Source of the DNA: Candidatus Obscuribacteraceae bacterium
GTDB lineage: Bacteria > Cyanobacteriota > Vampirovibrionia > Obscuribacterales > Obscuribacteraceae
Direction: 5' to 3'
DNA: 57,827 nucleotides
Assembly: GCA_044229845.1 (NCBI GenBank)
Contig: JBGASG010000015.1
Location: 1-57,827, forward strand
The notes below the pieces were generated by a model. The model had not been told where the DNA came from. It did not search any database and worked only from the letters and a program-made list of their open reading frames with translations. Below are positions 18,613 to 27,660 of the stretch, piece after piece. Every line of letters begins with the position of its first letter. Positions within the stretch are counted from its first letter, which is position 1. The translations under genes were made by a program, and so were the position numbers.

Positions 18613-21237
18613 CTATTCGTTGAAGACGCTGAGCTGCATGACCTGGTCGAGGGCGATGTTGCGTTTTGGCCCCTCGAGGATACTTTTTGCGGCGCTGCGT
18701 TTTTCCATCTGTGCCATCAGTGAATTGGCACGATCGATAATCTGCCTGGGCAGCCCCGCCATGCTGGCGACGTGAATGCCGAAGCTATGACTGGCGCCGC
18801 CTTCTATCAGGCGGTGCATGAATTCGATATGCCCCTCGGTTTCTTGCACAGACACCTGGAAGTTCTTGATTTGCGCATGAAAATTGGCCAGTCCATTCAG
18901 TTCGTGGTAGTGAGTGGCAAATATTGTGCGGGCGCCGACTGTGGTGGCAAGAAACTCCGCTACCGACCAGGCGATGGCGACGCCGTCGTAAGTACTGGTA
19001 CCCCGACCGACTTCATCCAGCAAGATTAGCGAGCGGTTGGTGGAAGAAAGGCAGCATTGCGTGGTTTCGCTCATCTCGACCAGAAACGTCGATTGTCCCT
19101 GCGTCAGATCATCGACGGCACCAATCCTGGTGAAAATCCGATCGACGATGCCGATGTGGCAGGCGGCGGCGGGCACGAAAGAGCCCATTTGAGCCATGAT
19201 GGCGATGTGAGCCACTTGTCTGAGCAGGCTCGACTTACCGGCCATGTTGGGTCCGGTAAGAATGATCATTTGTTGATCGCATGTGGCGGCTGGCGTGGTG
19301 GGCGGCGTCGACCATCCGGTCAGGCGTGTGTCGTTCGCCACATATCTGCCCATGGGCAGGATTCTCTCCAACACGGGATGTCGTCCGTCTTTGATTTCCA
19401 TTGCCAGCGAATCGTCAACCAGCGGCCGCACATACTTGTGCTCGGCGGCAGCGTTGGCCAGCGAAAGCAAGGCGTCGAGCGCGGCCAGTTGACCGGCCAC
19501 ATCTCGCAGAGCGTTGCCGTAAACAGAGAGTTGGTTGCGCAGTTCGATGAATAGTTTGTATTCCAGGTCGGACTGATTTTTCTCAGCGTTCAGGATTTTT
19601 GCTTCGTACTCTTTCAATTCCGGCGTGATGTAGCGCTCGGCATTCGTGAGCGTCTGCTTCCGGATGTAGTCTTCAGGAACGGCTCCCTTGTTGGCGTGGG
19701 TGATCTCAATGTAATAGCCGAAGGTGGAGTTGACGCTCACCTTCAAAGACTTGACGCCGGTGCGGTTTTGTTCGCGCCGCTGGAAGTCGTCCATCCATTG
19801 TTTGCCGCCACCGAGCAGGTCGCGCACTTCATCGAGTTCAGGCGAGTAGCCGCTCTGGAAGATATTGCCCTCGGTCAATTCGCGAGAGCAGTCTTCCTTG
19901 ATGGCATTCAAGACCTTGTCGCACAGTTCGTCGAGAGCGGCCGGGGGAGCGGCCAGCTTGCGCAGGATGGGACTTTCGCACTCGAAGAGTTGACTTGCCA
20001 CTGCCGGCAGTGCTTGCAGCGATTGCCCGACCGCCAACAGATCTCGCGGATTGACCGTCGCTGAAGCCAGACGCACGCCCAGTCTTTCCAGATCGGCAAA
20101 TGAGGAAAGCGCCTGGTCGAGCTGGCGGCGCACCGTCGCCGCGGATAACAACTCTTCTATGGCGTCCTGGCGTTCGACAATAGCACTGATGTTGAGCAGA
20201 GGTTTAAGCAGCCAGTTTCTCAGGAGACGGCTGCCCATGCCGGTTTTGGTTCTGTCGAGAGTCCAGAGCAGACTGCCTTCAAAACTGCGGTCGCGCACCG
20301 TTTCTGTAATTTCCAGATTCTTGCGGGCGGTCGGATCGAGCATCAGGTATTGCGACGCCGAGTAGGTGCAGATGCCGGTGAAACGTGGCATCTGAGCGAC
20401 CTGTGTGCGCTGCAGGTATTCGACAATGGCACCGGCGGCACCGATTGCCAGCGGCATGCTGTCGCAACCAAAGCCTTCCAGCGTGGTAACGTTGAACAGC
20501 TCCATGACGCGGCGCCGGCAGGGCTCCAGTTGAAAAAACATGGACGGCCGCCCGGTGAGGCGTTGCTGTCCCGACAGACCGTCGGGTAGATCGAGAACTT
20601 CTTGTGGTATCGGTCCGCCACCGCGAATAGTGCGCTTGGCGACCAGCAATTCGCGCGGGGCGATGCGGGCAACTTCCAAAATCAGCTCTTGTTCGGTCAG
20701 TTGCGTGACGCAAAACTCTCCGCAGGAAGCGTCGGCAAAAGCCAGTCCCCAGAGCTGTACTCGGGTGGAAGCCGCGTCGCCTGATCGATAGATGGCGGCT
20801 AAATAATTGTTTTCGCGCTGCGGCAGCAGGTTCGATTCCAGCACCGTCCCTGGTGTCAGCACTCGGGTCACCTGTCTTTCGACAGGTCCTTTGCCGGCCC
20901 CGACCACGCCCACTTGTTCGCAGATGGCGACCGAATAGCCTTTGTTGATCAGTTTTGCCAGGTAGAGGTCGAGAGATTTCACCGGGACGCCCGCCATCGG
21001 TACTCGTCCACTGGCGTAGGTGGGCTCAGGGCGTCCGGTCAGCGTAATGTCGAGCTCGCGAGCGCCGACCTGAGCGTCTTCATCGAAGAGCTCATAAAAG
21101 TCGCCGAGGCGGAAGAAAACCAGGCAATCGGGATATTGTGACTTGATATCCCAATATTGCCGCATCATGGGAGACATCTGAGCAGCGGCGGCGCCGGTGG
21201 CTATCTCAGAGTGAATTGGCTCAATCGTGTTGCTCAA
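18613..21237 (-). CDS. mutS: DNA mismatch repair protein MutS
   Basis: PMMRQY, FFRLGDFYELF, TGPNMAGKS, DEVGRGTSTYDG, FATHYHEL; TTG start inferred. Confidence 0.97.
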   Translation of the reverse strand: MSNTIEPIHSEIATGAAAAQMSPMMRQYWDIKSQYPDCLVFFRLGDFYELFDEDAQVGARELDITLTGRPEPTYASGRVPMAGVPVKSLDLYLAKLINKGYSVAICEQVGVVGAGKGPVERQVTRVLTPGTVLESNLLPQRENNYLAAIYRSGDAASTRVQLWGLAFADASCGEFCVTQLTEQELILEVARIAPRELLVAKRTIRGGGPIPQEVLDLPDGLSGQQRLTGRPSMFFQLEPCRRRVMELFNVTTLEGFGCDSMPLAIGAAGAIVEYLQRTQVAQMPRFTGICTYSASQYLMLDPTARKNLEITETVRDRSFEGSLLWTLDRTKTGMGSRLLRNWLLKPLLNISAIVERQDAIEELLSAATVRRQLDQALSSFADLERLGVRLASATVNPRDLLAVGQSLQALPAVASQLFECESPILRKLAAPPAALDELCDKVLNAIKEDCSRELTEGNIFQSGYSPELDEVRDLLGGGKQWMDDFQRREQNRTGVKSLKVSVNSTFGYYIEITHANKGAVPEDYIRKQTLTNAERYITPELKEYEAKILNAEKNQSDLEYKLFIELRNQLSVYGNALRDVAGQLAALDALLSLANAAAEHKYVRPLVDDSLAMEIKDGRHPVLERILPMGRYVANDTRLTGWSTPPTTPAATCDQQMIILTGPNMAGKSSLLRQVAHIAIMAQMGSFVPAAACHIGIVDRIFTRIGAVDDLTQGQSTFLVEMSETTQCCLSSTNRSLILLDEVGRGTSTYDGVAIAWSVAEFLATTVGARTIFATHYHELNGLANFHAQIKNFQVSVQETEGHIEFMHRLIEGGASHSFGIHVASMAGLPRQIIDRANSLMAQMEKRSAAKSILEGPKRNIALDQVMQLSVFNE

Positions 21238-21434
21238 TGTGTAATTCTCGCTGCAACATGCATACGCAGTCGGATATGCGACAGGCTGTATGCGTATATG
21301 GGCGCGCCCAGGCTGCTTTTGCTGAGCTTTGCAAGAGTCAATGATAAACCGGCGCAAGCCGCGAAAACTATGAGCTTCTGGTAATATGGGGACTTTGGGG
21401 ATATATCGCTTCGTTAGAGATTGAGTTCAATATC

Positions 21435-22232
21435 ATGCACCTGAAGAAATACGATCTTTCGCACGCTGCCCGCATCGGGCTGACCTCCGTGCTTGTGGCC
21501 GCCGCCGCCGGACTGTTCACTATGTATTCACCGTTTGCGGTTTCGGCTCCGGACGAGCCGTTGGCTGCCGAACCGGCTAATGCTGCGGCGCCGAAAGCCA
21601 AAGCGGATAAGAAAGGTGCAGAGAAAACGCCTGAGAAGGCGCCCGACAAGGACAAAAAAGGCACCGACAAAGATAAGAAGGCTGCTGCTGGCGCCGACAA
21701 GAAGGACAACACGCCGCCCAAGCCGGAAGTGCCGATTGAAAACGTTGTTGCCGTTCAACCATCCGATCTCGTCTCCAAACCCCACGACTTTCTCGGCAAA
21801 AACGTCAAATTTACGGGCAATTTTGCGTCATTCACCAACCTGGCGCTGGACTACAAGCCGGCCATGAAGGCTTCGAAAAACTACCTCTCGATGTTGATCC
21901 GCAGCAACACCGGTCAGGTGCCTCTCTCTGAGCTGAAGTTGGCGATGTTGATTCCCAAAGAAAAGGACCCGGATACTCAACTGCTCGCCAATCTCAAGGA
22001 AGGCGACAAGGTTGAGATTATCGGTAAGGTCTTCAGCGCAGCTCTTGACGATCCATGGGTCGAAATTTTGCGCCTGAAAAAGCTCGGCGGCTCACCCGAT
22101 AAAAAGGAAGTTGCCGCTGGTGACACGAAATCGGGAGATGCCAAGTCCGACGGAAAGGCTGATAAGGGCGGCCCCGGTGCCGATAGCGTCGACAAGAACG
22201 ATAAGGGCGACAAGAAAGACGGCGCCGAGTAG
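21435..22232 (+). CDS. Hypothetical exported protein with OB-fold-like core and Lys/Asp-rich tails
   Basis: Signal/TM segment; P..F.GK.VKF.G and LKEGDKVEIIGKV patterns. Confidence 0.75.
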   Translation: MHLKKYDLSHAARIGLTSVLVAAAAGLFTMYSPFAVSAPDEPLAAEPANAAAPKAKADKKGAEKTPEKAPDKDKKGTDKDKKAAAGADKKDNTPPKPEVPIENVVAVQPSDLVSKPHDFLGKNVKFTGNFASFTNLALDYKPAMKASKNYLSMLIRSNTGQVPLSELKLAMLIPKEKDPDTQLLANLKEGDKVEIIGKVFSAALDDPWVEILRLKKLGGSPDKKEVAAGDTKSGDAKSDGKADKGGPGADSVDKNDKGDKKDGAE

Positions 22233-22317
22233 CGGGTATAAGTTACATCGATGACGCATTGCGTTCCCACAGTGCATAATGTGAGCAACGCAAACTCAGG
22301 TTGTTAAGGAGAAATCA

Positions 22318-22689
22318 ATGGCAGTTGCGGAATCGGAAATCCAGACGCTTCTTGCATCACTCAACGGCAAACACGGAATTCTCGGTTGTTTGCTCGTCAA
22401 CGGTGATGGCGGCGTTGTCTCATCTTCACTGCCGGCTGATATCGACATTCAAACGCTCGGAGCGTTGAGTGCCACGCTGTTCTCGAACAATGATGTATCG
22501 CTGCAGCGCATGAATCGCGGCAGTCTGTCACAAATGACTCTTCTTACTGATCAGGGCATCCTGCATTTCTACGAAGTCTCGGGTCATTACCTGGTGGTGC
22601 TAACGGCCAAGGGACAACGCATCAACCTGGAAGGTTTGATTCGTTCAGTTGAAGAACAGAGCGGCAGCTTGCAGAAGATGCTGGCCTGA
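22318..22689 (+). CDS. Roadblock/LC7 (MglB-like) protein
   Basis: GILGCLLVNGDGGVV..LP....LGALSA; AAGGAG RBS. Confidence 0.88.
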   Translation: MAVAESEIQTLLASLNGKHGILGCLLVNGDGGVVSSSLPADIDIQTLGALSATLFSNNDVSLQRMNRGSLSQMTLLTDQGILHFYEVSGHYLVVLTAKGQRINLEGLIRSVEEQSGSLQKMLA

Positions 22690-22696
22690 CCAGCGG

Positions 22697-24127
22697 TCAG
22701 TCAGTCTTTGATTGACGCTTGAGCGCCAGTTCTCTGGTGCGCGGTTCTTTGCTGCAGGAAGCAAATGTTATGCGGATGAACGTGCCGCAGTTGTTGGAGC
22801 CGGTGCGCATTTCGATGGTGGCGCTGTGCGTGGACGCAATTTCGCGGACGATGGCCAGACCCAACCCGCTGCCCGGAGCATCATTGCCTAGAATTCTGTA
22901 GAAACGTTCGAAGACCTTTTCGCGCTCATCGGACGGTATGCCGGGACCATTGTCTTCCACCGTCAGCTCGACGTTGCTGCCATTGCCGACACGCACCACG
23001 ACTGTGCCGCCGCTGTGCGTGTAGAGTACCGCGTTTTCGATCAGGTTCATTGCCAGGTCGCGCAACGACTCTCTGTCGCCCATGATCAGTGCCGGTGCAG
23101 AGGACGCTTCAAAACTGAGGTCGATTTCTTTGTGCAATGCCGTCTCAACTAGATCGGCGGTGGCATCGGAGGCGATGAAGTTGAGATCGAGCTTGACAAA
23201 GTTGCCCATGTTCTCGGCGGACGGTTCTGCTTTGGCCAGCGAGAGCAGCCGATTGACCAGATGCACCATGCGATCGACACCGCGGTCTATCTGTTCGATC
23301 AAGTCTTTTACCTTTGGTTCTCCGGAGAGTCTTTGAGCCAATCCGCTGAAAGTACGCAAACCGGCCAGCGGCGTGCGCAGTTGATGTGCCGCGTTCGCGG
23401 TGAATCTTCGCTGGGCTTCAATCTCCCCTCTCAGTCTGTCGAGCAGATCATTGATTGATTGCACCAGGGGCTTTACTTCGACCGGCACTGTATCGAACAC
23501 CACCGGCGAGAGGTCCTGTGGATTGCGCTCTTGCACTGCCTGTTGAATTTTGCGCAGCGGCGTCAGTCCTCTGCTGATACCGAACCACACTGCCAGAGAA
23601 CCAAGCAGGATCAAAATGATCTGTGGTGCAACGATGCTGGTGAACAGCAGCTGAGTCAAACCATTGCGTCCCTTGAGAGTCTCGGCAACCTGTACCAGTA
23701 CGGCCTCATCCTCGGCATTGTGCGGATTGGTGCAGCGCAAGCGAGCGATGCGGATGTCGACGCCGTTCAAAATCGCGTTACGAAAGCCTGGTTGGTTTGA
23801 ATAGGGGTTGAGGATTGGACCGGGAATCAGTGCGTCGCCGGAGATTCTCACCTGGTCCTGGCGGAGCACTTGATAGTAGACCTTATCTTCGTCGCTGTAT
23901 CGCAAGATCGCCTGCGCGGCGGGAGGCATGTCGACGGTTACGGTGCCGTTTTTCCAGCGCAACCGTGCCACCACCGAGTCGGCGGTGTTTAAAAGCGCGC
24001 GATCGTAAGTGTAATTTGCCACTGTGTAAGCCAGTCCGAATCCAAACAACGTACCGAGCATGAGCAGGCTGCACAGTGGGATCAGCAACCAGGTGAGCAA
24101 CTGTTTGCGTATAGACAATTCAGCCAT
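22697..24127 (-). CDS. Sensor histidine kinase, TctE/QseC-like
   Basis: SIRKQLL.WL, YDRAL, VQVAET, AAHQLRTPL, NLIENA, DNGPGI, GSGLGLAIV. Confidence 0.94.
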   Translation of the reverse strand: MAELSIRKQLLTWLLIPLCSLLMLGTLFGFGLAYTVANYTYDRALLNTADSVVARLRWKNGTVTVDMPPAAQAILRYSDEDKVYYQVLRQDQVRISGDALIPGPILNPYSNQPGFRNAILNGVDIRIARLRCTNPHNAEDEAVLVQVAETLKGRNGLTQLLFTSIVAPQIILILLGSLAVWFGISRGLTPLRKIQQAVQERNPQDLSPVVFDTVPVEVKPLVQSINDLLDRLRGEIEAQRRFTANAAHQLRTPLAGLRTFSGLAQRLSGEPKVKDLIEQIDRGVDRMVHLVNRLLSLAKAEPSAENMGNFVKLDLNFIASDATADLVETALHKEIDLSFEASSAPALIMGDRESLRDLAMNLIENAVLYTHSGGTVVVRVGNGSNVELTVEDNGPGIPSDEREKVFERFYRILGNDAPGSGLGLAIVREIASTHSATIEMRTGSNNCGTFIRITFASCSKEPRTRELALKRQSKTD

Positions 24128-24788
24128 TTGCTTTCAATGTATATCCCATGCCGCGGTGTGTCTCGATCAAAAGCCCTGCGTTTTCCAGTTTCTTGCGCAA
24201 CCTGTGAATGATGATGTCGATGGCGTTGTAGCTGAGATCGCCTTCCCAGTCTGAGATGTGTTCGCAAATCTGCCCCTTGCTGACCAGTCGTCCTTTGCGT
24301 TGCAGGAGAATTTCCAGCACTGACAACTCGCGTGCCGACAGGTTTAGGGGCGCATCGTCGATGGTGGCGTTGCGATCGACGGTATCGAAGCTGAGCTGGC
24401 CGCAGGTGATCTTGGTGCGATTCGACCAGCGTTCGTTGCGCAGCAGTGCGCGGATGCGGGCCTCCAGTTCCGGCAGGTAGAACGGCTTCACAAGGTAATC
24501 GTTAGCTCCCAGGTCCAGACCTCGCACACGTTCATCTAAGCCGTCTCGAGCAGTGACGATTAAAACAGGTGATGTATTGCCTCGTGACCGCAAACGCTGC
24601 AAGACATCCATGCCATCCATTTTGGGCAAGCCCAGGTCCAGAATTATTACGTCATAGGATGTAATGCCGGCCGCCATGTCGGCTTCCGGACCGGTGCGCA
24701 CATGATCCACGAAATATCCCGAGTCTTTGAGCGCCATGCTGACGCCCGCAGCAAGAAACTCATCATCTTCGGCGAGCAGAATTCTCAT
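24120..24788 (-). CDS. OmpR-family response regulator, TctD/QseB-like
   Basis: MRILLAEDD, LDLGLP, GANDYLVKPF, THRGMGY; AAGGAGGT RBS. Confidence 0.95.
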   Translation of the reverse strand: MRILLAEDDEFLAAGVSMALKDSGYFVDHVRTGPEADMAAGITSYDVIILDLGLPKMDGMDVLQRLRSRGNTSPVLIVTARDGLDERVRGLDLGANDYLVKPFYLPELEARIRALLRNERWSNRTKITCGQLSFDTVDRNATIDDAPLNLSARELSVLEILLQRKGRLVSKGQICEHISDWEGDLSYNAIDIIIHRLRKKLENAGLLIETHRGMGYTLKANG

Positions 24789-24838
24789 CGGCACCTCCTT
24801 TCCCTATGGTAATACGAAACCCAGTACAGGTGAGGATT

Positions 24839-24884
24839 TGAAAGGTAAACGAAAGGCAATGGCCCGGTGAAAGAAACACGAAAG
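24839..24884. promoter_or_regulatory. Two pairs of 11-bp-spaced GAAAG direct repeats (OmpR-family box candidates)
   Basis: GAAAG at 24840/24851 and 24869/24880, upstream of the response regulator. Confidence 0.6.
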
Positions 24885-25038
24885 AGGGGCTTACTAGAAT
24901 GACTTTGGGCGGTTCGCCAACCATCTGAATCATTACCCGACTTAATTGGAGCCACACACGGCGAACCGCCCAAAGTTATTTAGTCGGCAGCGATACCGTA
25001 AGTGGTGCGGTTCGAGATGCACATTGGAGGCCGAGAGG

Positions 25039-25386
25039 GTGGAGGATCAGAAGATAGCCGAAGTCTCTAGCCGAGTGACGAGCTTTCTGTCCGGACACGT
25101 GCGTGCCGTCTGGGAGTTGGAACTGCTTTTCTTTTTCAAGAGAAGTGAGCGGCCATTGCAGGTGCAGGAGATCAGCCGGGCCCTCTGCATGGAGGCGGGT
25201 GTACTGCAGCCTACGATTGCCAGATGGGTCGAGGAAGGCATCTTGCAGAGCAGCGAGGATCGCAAGCAGAGCTTTATCTATAGTCCGAGAGCACAGTCTG
25301 TCGCGGATGCGATTGAGGAAACGCGACAAGTCTATTTGCAAAGACGCGTGACGTTGATCAATTTGATTTACTCCACTCTCCCATAG
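25039..25386 (+). CDS. Hypothetical winged-helix-like protein
   Basis: GGAGG RBS before GTG; AVWELELL...EISRAL...GIL...Y.P pattern. Confidence 0.65.
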   Translation: MEDQKIAEVSSRVTSFLSGHVRAVWELELLFFFKRSERPLQVQEISRALCMEAGVLQPTIARWVEEGILQSSEDRKQSFIYSPRAQSVADAIEETRQVYLQRRVTLINLIYSTLP

Positions 25387-25450
25387 GCAGGCAGCCTGCA
25401 AAAGCTTTCTAGATCGAATCGAAAGGATTACGAAAGTCGAGCGTAATACG

Positions 25451-26854
25451 ATGACTGTGGTGGCAGCCCACGAGCAGAGACCTTCATCGGGCTGCCACGC
25501 AAGTTCCCAGGTCGTGAGGACGGCGCGGATGGATATAGTTTCTTACAGAGGACCGCAAAGTCCTGGCGGTGTTTCCAGTTTCTTGCAAAATCTTTTCTAC
25601 GATCCCCGCCTAGATATCGATGGTTGGTGGTTTCTCGCATCAAATCGATTTCGGCACGTGTCGCGCTGTTCGCAGTCGTCCTTCTCATTGTCGGCGTGTC
25701 AGGCTGAATTGATAGAGCGATACTGTCACTACAGCAATGCATTTTTGTGGCCGCTTTTCCACGGTTTCGAACATCTGGTCGAATACGATGTGTGCTCTCG
25801 CCAGTCTTATCGGAAAGTTTGCCGGTTGATGTCAGAGGCCGTATTGCAGTCGCAACTGAACCAATCGGTATTCGTCAATGATTACCAACTGGCGTTGTTG
25901 CCCAGGCTGTTGGCCGGTGGCGGGCTGCGGCAATCCAGTTTTTTCTGGCACATTCCATGGCCACAAGAGATACCGGCGGCCTTTGTGGAGCCGGTCAGCG
26001 AGCTGGCGCTGGGCATGTCCTGTGCGTCGCGCATCGGGTTTCAAACGGACGAGTATGCGCAGAACTTTTTGAGTTTCTTCGCGCGCCAGTTTCCATCTTT
26101 GACTGCGAACGTCGAGTCTTCGATTGCCATCGCGCCGGTAGCGGTCGATCATGAATTGTGGGCAACGCTGTCGCAGGATGAAGTGCGACGCGAGCGCGTG
26201 CTCAAAAAGCTAGAGATCAAAGAAACAGACAAAGTGATCTTGAGTGTTGAACGGGCGGATTATACAAAAGGTGTCCTGGAGAGGCTGGAAGCAATCGCTG
26301 TTTTCCTGCAGAGTCAGGACCGCTCCAATGTGAGCGGATTGCGCTTTGTTCAGGTGGTGCCGCGCACTCGAGCTGGCCTGCCTGCTTATGATCTCTACTG
26401 GCAGATGTGCCACCAGCGAGTGCGCGAGATCAACGATGCATACCGCCTGCCGGGATGGGAGCCGATTGTCTTTGTAGAGGAGCACCAGGCGGCTGCCGAT
26501 CTGGCCTGTCTCTATGCTCGAGCCGATATCATGCTGATTACTGCTATTGCCGATGGGTTGAATCTGACGGCCAAAGAGTATGTCGCCTGTCATCAGGAGC
26601 GCTCCGGAGCCCTGATACTGTCGCGAGGCTGTGGGGTGGCCAGCGAACTGCAGGAGCCGGCCTTTATGATAGATCCTCTGTCACCGCATGTGGTGGCGGA
26701 GTCTATTGCTGCAACTCTTAAGTGTTCGGAAGACGATTTGCGTCGGCGTATGACGCGCGCTCGCGCCATCGTTGCTGCCAATGTGGCACGCCGATGGCTC
26801 TCCCGTGTACGTCCGCCTTCCGCAAGCGGGCGGTCGCTGGCCGAAATCTCGTGA
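25451..26854 (+). CDS. otsA: Trehalose-6-phosphate synthase (GT20)
   Basis: VSYRGP..GG, LWPLFH, VNDYQL, FFWHIPWP, VERADYTKG, DGLNLTAKEY. Confidence 0.9.
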   Translation: MTVVAAHEQRPSSGCHASSQVVRTARMDIVSYRGPQSPGGVSSFLQNLFYDPRLDIDGWWFLASNRFRHVSRCSQSSFSLSACQAELIERYCHYSNAFLWPLFHGFEHLVEYDVCSRQSYRKVCRLMSEAVLQSQLNQSVFVNDYQLALLPRLLAGGGLRQSSFFWHIPWPQEIPAAFVEPVSELALGMSCASRIGFQTDEYAQNFLSFFARQFPSLTANVESSIAIAPVAVDHELWATLSQDEVRRERVLKKLEIKETDKVILSVERADYTKGVLERLEAIAVFLQSQDRSNVSGLRFVQVVPRTRAGLPAYDLYWQMCHQRVREINDAYRLPGWEPIVFVEEHQAAADLACLYARADIMLITAIADGLNLTAKEYVACHQERSGALILSRGCGVASELQEPAFMIDPLSPHVVAESIAATLKCSEDDLRRRMTRARAIVAANVARRWLSRVRPPSASGRSLAEIS

Positions 26855-27029
26855 ACGAACGGGGCCGCATAGTAAGTCGGGCGAAGCGCCAAATCGGGAC
26901 GAGAGAGCGCGACCGATTGCGAAAAAACCGCCACTGCGCGGCAATCGCCGGTGAAATTGTCAATGAGGCTAAAACCGCTGGTGTCCGGGTATATGGCTGA
27001 GGTTCGATCAGTCCCCGCTACAAAGAGGA

Positions 27030-27407
27030 ATGCCAATGTCATTCGAGCAACACGCACAGAACGCCCAGGTGGCGATGCAACAAGGCAATCAGAGTGCGGC
27101 AGAACAGCAACTTAAGCAAGGCATTCAGATGGCCGAGCAGCAACTGGGCGCCAACTGCAACAAAGACGATCGCGTTGCTGCCATCTACAACAATCTGGGC
27201 AGATGTCTGCAGAATCAGGGCCGCTACGCTGATGCGGAAGAAGCATACAAGAAAGCGCTGGAAGTACGGCAGGCCGCCCTGGGTCCCCTGCACGCCACCG
27301 AAGGAATCATTCTCGAGAACTATGCACGTTGTCTGCGCGCAGCCAATAAGCCGCAAGAGGCTGCAAAAATAGATCAACGCCTCTTAGGGCTCATGAACCG
27401 GAAGTAG
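27030..27407 (+). CDS. Small TPR protein
   Basis: YNNLGRCLQNQGRYADAEEAYKKALEV..LGP.H (kinesin-light-chain-type TPR). Confidence 0.88.
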   Translation: MPMSFEQHAQNAQVAMQQGNQSAAEQQLKQGIQMAEQQLGANCNKDDRVAAIYNNLGRCLQNQGRYADAEEAYKKALEVRQAALGPLHATEGIILENYARCLRAANKPQEAAKIDQRLLGLMNRK

Positions 27408-27660
27408 CGCTCAGCAAACCTCAAACGAAACCTCAAACGAAGCGCATTGCCGGTGAATGTCGAGCCGGCGATGCGTTTTAGCGCGCCGGAACGTGCAAAA
27501 ACCCTAATTCTGCTTGACATCCAGAGCTTTATGCTTTTCACTTTAAGTGAGAGGTGGGATAAAGCCTTGCCCTGTCCCAAATCTCCTCTCTTGCCCGCAA
27601 GATAACAAGCTCAGGTCTGGGCACAAACTTACTAGAGATATGGATTTGTGAGGCCCTCGG

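Noticed and set aside
21238..21357. N-terminal extension of MutS (similar extensions on ald, addB, iscS and the REC-Hpt gene)
   Set aside because: Longest-ORF artefacts; downstream starts fit the RBS and family N-termini better
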